The notes under the pieces were generated by a model. That model worked only from the letters and a program-made list of their open reading frames with translations, had not been told where the DNA came from and did no database searches. Both the position numbers and the translations under genes were made by a program. DNA of 62,687 nt, taken from Haliotis rubra. Taxonomy: Eukaryota. Shown here piece by piece: positions 11,501-23,500 of the stretch (its first letter is position 1; the number at the start of each line of letters is the position of its first letter). The stretch covers positions 186,001-248,687 of the forward strand of contig NW_025765147.1 in the NCBI RefSeq assembly GCF_003918875.1, given 5' to 3'.

Positions 11501-14500
11501 TAGTCTAGATAATAAATAAATTATGACGGAATCAAGTCGTAATCAAAATTTAATTCTTTTCATTAGAGGTTTTGCTTTCAAATACAATAATGTAATTCAT
11601 CAAAACACTTGTAAACTGTAAACCTTTTCAATTTAACTACGTGACCTAAATATCGCCTGAACGTCAGTCGGCCATCACTGTCGGGATAGTCGTGTTGAAA
11701 ATTGTTCACAAACAAGCAGATAAAAGTTACGCATTAGGAGCGACACACACAACTGAAGAAGCCAAATGTAAATAACAGGGAACTGTATGTCTCAAATAGT
11801 TGTGGTTAGTGTCGTTGTCATTGCTTACACGCTATTCTTCATCGGAGGACGAGTCACTGTAGATAATACGGCGACGCTTGGCGGAGGACATTGGCTCGTC
11901 TCGGCCTGGAATTCCCACTTGTCGAGATTCGATGTTTATGTTGAATACTCCACCGTAAATTGGGCCTGAAAACACACTGCCTACAACCTCGAATGAAGAG
12001 GATTTCAAGCCGATTGTGTTCTGACTGTGAGAAGTGTTATCAACCTCTAGATGAGAAACCACGGGAGGCATGGCAGTGGCAGTAGAACACACGTTTTGTG
12101 CGAGAGGACAAGTGGACGCGGCTGACAGTGGCAGTGATCGAGATACCAAGGTGCCGCTCATCTTTTGATGTTGTGTATTCGAAACTTTGGCATATGAATT
12201 CACAGAAGCAACATTTTTATGGCCTGAAAGCTGCATTATGTGTGTAGGTGCAAAGTTATGTTCACTGAGAGTTTGCAACATGGTTTTTTCTCGCACTGTG
12301 ATTAGTCAAGCGTTTGTCACTTGACAAGTGTGCGTGTTGTGCCATGGATTTCATGATGTTTCCAAGTTTATTTTTCCCCACTGGCTGTCGCTTAAACCAA
12401 GATTCGCCATCACGAGGGACACCCTTTGTGTGTGAAGCTAAGTAGAATGGATGATCATTTGAAGAGAAATTCTGAGGACGGAGGCTACGATACTTCTTGT
12501 ACAGTGCTACCGGACATCTGGCAGGGTCACTCGGTACAGCCCATACTCTCGGGGGGGAATCCGTCTTGTGTCGTTCGGATTAGCACCGGTGCGGGTCTTG
12601 GTTTGTCGCTCGCAGTACTCAAGATACTCCTGACCCTCACTGTCAACTCGAAGTGAGACATCTCCCCAGAGCATATTTCTGTGTGGACGGACAGATCTTA
12701 AGCCAAAAAACATGGTATTATTCCACCACAATGTGTTAAGAATAGCATCGGGACACCCCTCTCCGAGTTGACCCACTTCCCAAAGTTTGTTTATTTCGGA
12801 TTGTGACACGGCCTCGGCGGCTTTAGGTAAGTTCCCCTTCCCTTCCGCCTTCACGTGCTTTAATTTACACGTAAACACCTCCCTAGATCGAGCAAATTCG
12901 GGGTCAAGTAGAATTGATTTTTGATATTTCAATCTCTTCAAATGGCGGTCCAAACTTGATCGAAATCCGCGGAGTGACGATGGCTCATACTCGTCCCCGT
13001 TTGCTTTTTTGGCATCCATGAAAAATTTGCAAAGTAATTGATTCAGTTCGAGTGGGGGGGATTTTTTCAAGAGATTTGTGTTCCTGCAGAACATTTTGGA
13101 AATAAAATGAGACCGTTTTCAAGTCATATTTTGTTTTCTTTGCCGTGTTTTCATTTTCATTTTTGGTCAGAAAGTCGATCAATTTCTTTATTCCATACTT
13201 CATCATTTGTGTCGAAATTAGCATCTAGGCCAAGATCTACATCATTCTCATCTTCTCTAAAGAGTTCATTAATCAGTTCTTGTGACAGATCAGAATAATC
13301 GCCAATCGGCAAATTTGGGGGAGGGACCAACGAAACAGTCTCGGGCAACACTTTCAGTCTGTATCTAGGTACTTGCTTTTCTCCCTGTGCTGTCCTGACA
13401 ACATACACGTTGAATGTATTCAATGGCCTGATAATATTCACAACTCTTCCAACCAGTTGTCCGTCAATTTTGACCAAGTCATTAACTTTTACGGGCGACG
13501 CCATATTTGTTTACACTCCCGATAGTCCTAGCAGACGTATTTGTTTACTTATTTAGATTGTTTTATTTTCGTTTTTATGAACAGAAATTTTGGTTATTAA
13601 AGGACTGAACACCTGTACTTGTAACTACACTAAATAAATTTTTTTATTTAATTTCATAGAAGTGTTCTCGTTTTACATGCTTTCAGAATGTGTGAAAACT
13701 TCTGAATGAAAAACATGAATGGAATGAGTGATGAAAGTAGTACCGGTAATGTCAAAGTTCACGTATTAGCCAATCAAATCAATCGAAGGTGTTATGACAC
13801 ATATGTGTCAGAACACTTTGTTATGAAACCCCTTTACGAAGTACCACGTGGGTAATAATAGACGTTAACGGCCGCTCATGCTTAGCACATGGCAGACAGT
13901 CCGTCAACGTCAATAATTCGAGTTATCTCCCCTTTTCGAGTCCTCGAGTCCTTGAAAATGGACTCGAGTCCAGCTACACCCGACTCGTCCTCGAGTACTC
14001 GAGTACCCGTGGAAGCCCTAATTCTGAGCTTGACTCTGATGAAGATGACGTGGTTACTAAACTGCTATATTCTGAAAGGGATACTTGGCCACGCTTTCTT
14101 GTTCTGGAAGCAAAGGGTGACCGAACACTTGCTTCCTATTCACCATTTTTGTTAGAAAAGGGATTACAAGGTAAAGCAGGTGAGTTGAAAAACGTTACCA
14201 AATTACGGTCTGGAGGTCTTTTAGTTGAATGTGTCAGGAAATCGCAGGCAATTAACCTCATGACGTCAGCCAAATTAGCTGACATTCCAATTACATGTTC
14301 AGCACACAAGACCCTTAACTTTTCCAAAGGTCTCATCCGTGACAGAGACCGAAGTCTCGCAGATGAATCTGTTGAAGACATTGTATCTCAGCTTAGAAGT
14401 CAAGGTGTCCTTGAGGCCAAACAATTTACATATCGTAAAGATGATCGTGTATTCCCGTCCAACACATATCTTTTGACTTTTGACACCCCGGTTCTGCCAA

Positions 14501-17500
14501 CTTCTATTAAGGTTGGATGTTTTTCCATGAGGGTGGATCTCTTTATCCCACGCCCTACTCGTTGTTTTAATTGTCAAAAGTTTGGCCATGGGCAAAATTC
14601 GTGTAGGAATAAGTTAGCTTGTTTCAGGTGTGGAGAACCTGATCATGATGGCAAAATATGTACAAACACTATCAAGTGCTTACATTGCAAAGGTGAACAT
14701 ATGGCATCTTCAACAGACTGTCCTGTGTGGAAATATGAAGCCACTGTACAGAAATTAAAAACTGAGAAACGACTCAGTTATGTCGATGCGAGGAAAGAAG
14801 CCAGACTACTTGCACCTGATCCAACACGTCCATCATATGCTTCAGCAGCCAAAAAGGTAGCAACTGCATCTATTCTCTGTCAGACGGACCTTACTTGGGT
14901 GAAATCTGAACATCCAAAATCCCTCTCAGAAATTGAACTAAATACAGTAAGTTCCAAACCGGCCACAGATCTAGATAAGTCACCAATAAAGCAAAGAGGA
15001 ACATCTTCAACACAAACAGAGTCAAATCAAAACAAATCGTCTACTAAAGTGGACATAAAGAAAAAACAGATTCAATCTGACAGATTGCCAAAGGCATTGA
15101 AAGACACGGTGCAATTCCATAATAAATATGGATTGCTTGAAGATATGGATACTGAAGTATCCACATGTGTGAGCGCTGGTGGCCATACGCGTGGTCACTC
15201 ACCGAAAAAGAAAGGTAGAGCATTATCTCCTGTTATTGCTCCTTAGATAATTACACCGCCATGAGCCATTCCCCTAATCTAGTACAATGGAATTGCAGAG
15301 GACTTAAAAATAACTTTAATGAACTACAGTTGTTAGTTCAAGACTTTAAACCGTCGGCAATATGTCTCCAAGAGACGTATCTTAAACATACTGATACATT
15401 TGATTTACGGCAGTATAGCTGTTATCATTCATTTTCTCCTCCAGGAGATAGAGCGACTGGGGGTTCGACTATATTGGTTAGATATAACATCATTCATAGT
15501 GATGTTCACCTGAATACCAATCTCCAAGCCATAGCTATTCGCCTCAGCCTGCACATTGCGTTTACTCTATGCTCTTTGTACATTCCACCCTCATCTGCCC
15601 TTCGACAAACTGATCGTCAGAATCTCTATGATCAGCTACCAAAGCCCTGTATCATCATGGGCGATTTGAACGGGCACAACCCTCTATGGGGAAGTACAAG
15701 TACAAACAATAAAGGCAAGATTATTGAGGATTTTATATCTGATAACAACTTGTGTGTTTTTAATGACGACTCAAACACTTATTTACATCCTGGTACGGGA
15801 ACTTATTCTACACTTGATCTGTCCCTTGCTGATTCAAATGTCTACAACGAATTTGAATGGTATGTTCATGATGACCTTTGCGGAAGTGACCACTTCCCAA
15901 CTGTCCTGAAATCAATCACACCAGATGATGACCCACCTTTATCACGATGGAATTTTAATAAGGCCAATTGGTCTTTGTATGGAACATTGTGTATGGAAAA
16001 ATTAATGCCGGAAAATTTTATAAATGTATCAGATCCGATAGAGTTGTTTTCAGCTCAGTTAAATGAAATTGCTGACCAGTCAATTCCTAAGTCCTCTGTA
16101 ATTCCTCACATTCGTAAACCATGGTTCAACAATGAATGTAAACAAGCAAGAAAGTGTAGGAAGAAAGCAGAAAAATACTTCCGCAGACATCTTACAGTTC
16201 ATAACTTAAATAATGTTAAAATTACTAGTGCCAAGGCACGGCGAGCTTATAAACAAAACAAACGCCAGTCTTGGAGGAAATATGTTTCCAACATTAATTC
16301 GCGCACACCCATGTCTAAGGTGTGGAATATGGTCCAGCGAATAAAAGGCAAAGGCTTCAAGTCTTCTGTTAAACATCTTAAAGAAGGTGATAAATTGATA
16401 ACTGGTAAGTGTGATATTGCCAATAAAATTGGTGAAACTCTTTCCAGAAATTCTTCATCATCAAATTATATCCCTGAATTTCAGAAATATAAAAATCGAC
16501 AAGAAAAAAAAAGAATTAATTTTGACTCTAACAACGGTGAAGATTATAATGAAATATTTTCATTGCATGAGCTACGCACTGCTCTCGAGCAAGCTCATGA
16601 TACTGCAACTGGTGAAGACAACATTCATTACCAGTTACTGAAACATTTGCCTGATTCATGTCTTTTGACACTTTTGGGAATATTTGACCATATTTGGATT
16701 TCAGGAAATTTTCCTCCTTCGTGGCACAATGCCATTATAATCCCCATACCAAAGCCTGGCAGGGATCATACAGATCCCTCAATTACCGCCCTATATCGTT
16801 AACCAGTTGCGTTTGTTTGGTAAACAATAGATTAGTCTGGTATTTGGAAACGAATAATCTTATCACAGATATTCAATGTGGTTTCCGAAAAAACCGAAGT
16901 ACTATTGATCATTTAGTACGACTAGAATCCTATGTTAAGAATGCTCTTGTAAATAAACAACACGTAGCATCAATTTTCTTCGATCTGGAGAAAGCATATG
17001 ATACTACTTGGCACGGAATTTTCAAGGATTTACATGATTTCGGATTTTGAGAGGTCGTTTACCCTTTTATATCACAGTTTTTAAGAGACAGGCAGTTTCA
17101 AGTCCGAGTGGGTTCAACCCTGTCTGATCATTATAATCAGGATCAGTGTGTCCCACAAGGCAGTATTTTGTCTGTCACCAGTGTTAAAATAAATAGTCTT
17201 TCTAAAGTTTTAAATGATGCAGTTGATGGATCACTTTTCGTGGATGATTGTAATGTTTCTTGTTGTGGTAAAAATGCATACAATAGAGAGGCAGTTACAA
17301 TTATGTCTTAATACAATTCATAAATGGTGTCTTGAAAACGGCTTTAAATTTTCTAAATTAAAAAACTAATTGTCTACACTTCTGTAGAAAATATAAGCCT
17401 CATAAAGACCAGAACTGTTTTTTAAATGGCACTCCCATCAAGGTTGTAAAAGAGGCCAAATTCTTGGGTCTGATTTGGGACTCCCATTTAACCTTTCTTC

Positions 17501-20500
17501 CGCATATTAAATCTCTAAAAACTAAATGCCAGAAGGCACTCGATTTATTGAAAGTCGTGTCTAATTCAAGGTGGGAGGGATCAAGCTACGCTCCTACACC
17601 TTTACAGATCACTTTGTCCGCTCGAAGCTTGATTATGGCTCAATCGTATATGGTGGAGCCTGTAAAAGCAATTTAAAACTCTTAGATTCAGTCCACCACC
17701 GGCCTAAGACTTTGTCTTGGGTCCTTTAGAACCTCTCCCATTGATAGTCTATATGTTGAAGCAGATGAGCTTCTCTTACACAACGCCGTATAACATTATC
17801 TCTACAATACATTACTAAACTATATTCTAGCGAGTCTAACCCTGCATTTAACTGTGTCTTTAATCCCCTCTATGAGGATATATACAACAAAAAACCTTCT
17901 ATTGTTCCGCCTCTTGGGCACAGAATTAAGCCCTTTCTTTCTGCTGCTGGCATTGAGCTTGAAAATATAGCTCCTTCCCGTCTTCTTTCTTCTCCGTCTT
18001 GGCAACTGGGTGAGGCCTGAAGTTGACCTAACTCTGACAAAGTTTAAGAAATCTGTAACTAATGAATTACAATATAAACAAGAATATAATCAATTAAAAA
18101 CTAAATGTAATACATACAAATCCTTATTTACTGATGGGTCCAAGGATGGTGGCGCAGTGGCATGTGCCACTGTCATTGGATCCCGAACAATATCTTCTAG
18201 AATACGACGGAAACACTATAACCTTACCATGGCTTACGAACCCCCCTCAAACAATCAAAGCGTCCTCTTGATACTACTGGATCCTGATGTTAACAACCAA
18301 AGACTGTCCACCTCTATTGATTACTGGGCCACGATTTATTGTAATTTAGACCACTGACAATACTCCATTAAAGCTGAACCTTTTGCCGTATCTAAAGGCA
18401 TACAAGGCATTGCAGGAGATGTGAGAAATGTTAAGCGATTTTACGTTCTGGTTCTTTACTTATTGAATGCACTAGGGCACCAGGCAAACAACCTCCTTTC
18501 AACTAAATCATTTTGTCGGCATTCCAGTATCAGTCTCTGCCCACCGAACACTTAACACCAGCAAAGGCATTGTGAGACCGTGATAGACTTTGCTGATATG
18601 ATGGAAATTGATATTGCCTCTACTGAGAGATGAAGACCAAGGTGTGTTATTCGTCAAACGTTTCACTACCCGAAAATACAACCAGATTCAACAAACCAAC
18701 ACTTACTTGTTTTCATTTTTTTCTCAGCTGCTCCAAAGTCAATCAAGCGCTGGTTACTGTCATCAAAGTGGAAACGTATATTCCAGAATCCACTGAGATG
18801 TTTCAAATGCCAAAAGTATGGTCATGGTGTAAGTACCTGCACATTGTCTGTTGTGTGTGCTCACTGCGGTGTGAAGACCCACACAACAGAAGATTGTGAC
18901 AGTGATTACAAGAAATGCACCAATTGTTCAGGAGATCATTCCTCTTTCTCTAAAAGAGTGTCAATTGGGAAGGAAGCACCAGATGGAAATTAACAGGATT
19001 AAGTTTACTGAAAATATTAGTTTTGCCGAAGCAAAACAACGTTCAAAGATCTGACCCACAGGAAACATATGCTTCAAAAACCAAAACACCGTCTGAGCCA
19101 TCCACTAAAGTTTCTAAATCTTCTTCAGGTTCCCAAACCAACTTGACTTGGGTGAACACCGATTCTCCACAGATTTTCTCACCTGCAATATCTACTCAGA
19201 CTGCTGAGCCACTTCCTGCCAATTCACTAAGTCAGTCAGGGTCAGCTTCTGTGCATAGTTCATCATCACAGCCACCCACAAAGTCTCAATCTTTGTCTAA
19301 TGTAAAACAAGTTCCTAGAGGAAAAAATAAACCTAAGCCTGATTCTTCACAAAAGCAAAGTGGCAGAGCCCCAAAAGGGTCTGAAAATAAAATCAAACTT
19401 TACAACAAATACGGATCACTCGAGGATATGGACGTGTCCGAAAACGTCCCAATCTAGGGCACGAAGCTTGTCGCCCTCCAAAACAGTGCGGGGTAGATCC
19501 CCAGTAAATCCCCCGAAAAGATAGTTTATTCCAACACCATCGTACAGTGGAATTGCAGAGGACTACGGCATAATTACAATGAGTTACAGTTATTAGTCCA
19601 GGATTGTATGCCGTCAGCATTTTGTCTGCAGGAGACTTATTTAAAGCAGACGGATCTTTTTGACCTACGTCATTTCAATTCTTATCATTATTTCTCACCT
19701 CCAGGTGACAGGGCCACTGGAGGTTCTTCAATCTTAGTCAAACAGAATGTTATCCATAGCCCTATTACACTCACTTCTAATCTTCAAGCAGTTGCAGTGC
19801 GACTAACTTTACACGTTGCATTTACATTATGCTCTTTGTATATCTCACCATCTTCAGTCATTCAGAAGACTGATCTTCAAACTCTGTATGACCAACTCCC
19901 TAAACCCTGTATTATTATGGGGGACTTAAATGGCCACAACCCACTGTGGGGTAGCATAAATACAAACGCTAAAGGTAAACTACTGGAGGAGTTTTGTTTA
20001 GACAATGATTTATGTATTTATAATGATGGTTCCAACACGTATTTACACCCTGGTACAGGAACCTATTCTACTCTCGACTTATCAATCACGAATTCAGAAT
20101 TACTAAATGAATTTGAATGGTCAGTCCATGATGACCTATGTGGAAGTGACCATTTCCCGACTATACTAAAACCTGTAAACCCATCTGATATTACTCCATA
20201 TTCGAGATGGAACTTTAAAAAGCTAACTGGCCTTTGTACCAAGCTCTGTGTTGTAACAGACTTAAACCCGAACTCTTTATAGAATGTACTGATCCTATAA
20301 AAGATTTCTCTGATGAACTTATTAACATTGCTGATGAGTGTATCCCCAAATCCTCTGCAATTTCACACATACGAAAACCATGGTTCACCAATGAGTGCAA
20401 ACAGGCTAGGAGGGCACGGAAGAAAGCTGAGAATTATTTCCGTCGCCATCCTATGGTCCATAATTTGAATAAATTTAAAATTATAAATGCTAAGGCACGG

Positions 20501-23500
20501 CGTACCTTCAAGCAAAGTAAACGTCAATCCTGGCGAACTTATGTCTCAAAAATAAATTCACGAACGCCGATATCAAAAGTATGGAATATGATCCAGAAAA
20601 TAAAAGGTAAGGGTTCTAAATGTAGCATTAAGCATCTGAAAGATGGAGACGAATTATTAACTAGTCAATCTGATATTGCAAATAAACTCGGAGAAACTTT
20701 GGCCAAACACTCTTCCTCATCGAATTATTTACCTCAATTCCAAAATTATAAAAAACAACAGGAAAGGAAAACTATTAATTTCAATTCAGATAATGGGGAA
20801 GATTACAATGAACTGTTTTCTATTCATGAGCTTCATACAGCTCTTGATCAAGCTCATGATACGGCTACAGGTGCTGATAACATACATTATCAGCTCCTGA
20901 AACACTTACCGGATTCATGCTTAGAAACCCTTTTAAACATTTTTGATGATATTTGGACTTCTGGACAATTTCCTTCTTCATGGCACGATGCTATTATTGT
21001 ACCCATCCCTAAACCTGGACGTGATCATACTGATCCTTCGAATTATCGACCAATCTCATTAACTAGCTGCGTTTGCAAGACCATGGAGCGCATGATAAAT
21101 AATCGACTTGTGTGGTGCTTGGAAACTAATAACCTTATAACAGACATTCAATGTGGTTTTCGTAAAACAGAAGTACTATCGATCATTTAGTGCGTTTAGA
21201 ATCCTTTATTAAAATGCCATTATTAAAACAACATGCAGTGTCGATCTTTTTCGATTTAGAAAAAGCATATGACACCACATGGAAACATGGTATTTTAAGA
21301 GATTTACACGATTTTGGATTGAGAGGCCGTTTGCCTCTTTTTATCTCACAGTTTTTAACGGACAGGCAATTTCAAGTTCGAGTGGGTTCTACCCTGTCTG
21401 ATCATTACAATCAGGATCAGGGTGTCCCACAAGGCAGTATTTTATCTGTCACACTCTTTAGTATTAAAATAAATAGTCTGTCAAAGGTTTTAAGTGATTC
21501 AATCGATGGATCTCTTTTCGTGGATGATTTTAATATTTCTTGCCGTGGTAAAAACATGAGAACTATTGAGAGACAATTACAAATTTGTCTCAACAAAATT
21601 CATAAATGGTGTCTTGAAAACGGGTTTAAAATTTTCGAAATCCAAAACCAACTGTCTACATTTTTGTAGGAAATACAAACCCCATAAAGATCCTGAATTA
21701 TCTCTAAATGGCACACCCATCAAAGTTGTCAAGGAAGCTAAATTCCTTGGTCTCATCTTTGATTCGCATTTAACCTTTCTGCCACATATCAAAATCTAAA
21801 AGCCAAATGCCTGAAAGCACTCGACTTGTTGAAAGTCGTTTCCAGTTCAAAGTGGGGGAGGGACCAAACCACCCTCCTTCATTTGTATAGATCACTGGTC
21901 CGATCAAAACTTGATTACGGCTCTATCGTATATGGTGGGGCCTGTAAAAGCAATCTCAAACTACTTGATTCTATCCATCACCAGGGTCTAAGACTTTGTC
22001 TTGGGTCTTTCAGAACCTCTCCCATTGACAGTCTCTACGTTGAGGCCGATGAGCCATCTTTAAAACTTCGCCGTATCAAATTGTCCCTACAATATATCAC
22101 AAAGTTATATTCTAATGAATCCAATCCTGCTCACACTTGCGTTTTTAATCCTCTTTATGAGGACTTGTATAATAAAAAACCTTCACTTGTTCCACCTCTA
22201 GGGATAAGAATCCAACAATATATTTCTGCTGCTGGCATTGAGTTGGAGAATATATCTCCTTCCCGTCTTCTTTCTTCTCCTCCTTGGCAATTAGTGAGGC
22301 CACAAGTTGACCTAACACTGACAAAGTTTAAAAAATCAGAAACAAACGAATTACAGTATAAACAAGAATATAATCAATTAAAGAATAACTATAATACATA
22401 CAAATCCTTATTTACAGATGGGTCCAAGGATGGTGGCGCGGTGGCATGTGCCACTGTCATTGGATCCAGAACAATATCTTCTCGTTTACCAGATAACAGC
22501 TCTATTTTTACAGCAGAAGCAAACGCCATATTAACAGCTCTTAAATATATTAATAAACACCGTAAATATAAACAATATATCATCTTTTCAGATTCTCTTT
22601 CTTGTCTTCAGGCTATTAAAAATATTTCTTGCAAACATCCACTTTTATTAGAAATTATTGAATTGAATAATGAGCTTGCTACTGGCCAGTGCGACATCGT
22701 CTTTTGTTGGTTACCCAGCCACGTTGGCATTTCTGGGAATACCATGGCTGATCTTGCTGCCAAGGCAGCACTCAACAAATCTGTGACACCACTTCTTATT
22801 CCATACTCTGATTATAAAGCTGGCATTAGAACTTACATCCGTGATCTGATGCAGAAGAAGTGGGACGCCCAAGTAGGTATTAATAAGTTACATGCAATAA
22901 AACCCTATATTGGTTACACTCACTTGGGTTGTCAGTCCAGATTTGAAGAGGTCATCATGCGACGATGTCGTATTGGCCACACTAGATACACGCATGCGTA
23001 CCTATTGAAAGGTGAGGATCCTCCGTTTTGTATCCCTTGTGATGAGAGAACCACGGTCAAGCATGTCCTGCTTGACTGTGTTGAATTCTCCATCATAAGG
23101 GATAAATACTTCAATGTGAAAACAGTTAAGGATCTTTTTACTACTGTTCATTCTCATTTAATTCTTGGTTTTAAAAGAAATTGACTTAATGAATGAATTT
23201 TGAATAATATGCTGTGTACATATTTGTATTTTAATTATTGGTAGACTTGATTAATAACTTAGATTGTTAATGGCTGTACCCTCAAAGGGGGTTGAAGTAT
23301 TGTAAAATTATTGTCCTCCTGAGAGGGTACGTAAGTCCCAAAACATTTCAAGTGCATTTCAGTATACCAGGTGTTTTAATCGTAGTATTTTTGTCATTTT
23401 AATGTATGGCTAATTCTCGGTATAAACGCCAACAGCTGAAGGGATGGTGTAAATCCAGCTAGGGTCCATGCAGGTAGCAAAAGTAATGTAAGTCCCCATG

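Larger units (their letters stand above)
10062..14020. mobile_element. Non-autonomous hAT-like DNA transposon
   Basis: TIRs TAGGGCTTC(A/C)ACG(A/G)GT, 8-bp TSD ATTCTGAG (10054-10061 / 14021-14028), subterminal CTCGAGTACTCGAG palindromes at both ends. Confidence 0.85.
10005..15246 (+). pseudogene. Outer LINE ORF1 (gag-like, 3 CCHC knuckles), split by a hAT-like insertion
   Basis: ATG at 10005 (MGKQNPKKPKRQLSKSDSE) joins in frame to 14029 (LDSDEDDVVTKLL...); knuckles CFNCQKFGHGQNSC, CFRCGEPDH...C, CLHCKGEH...C. Confidence 0.9.

Noticed and set aside
11832-13504. Phage integrase, bacterial contamination, or host ZMYM/KCTD1 gene
   Set aside because: Intronless, DUF3504-type motifs with catalytic residues and element-like termini nested within TEs fit a Crypton
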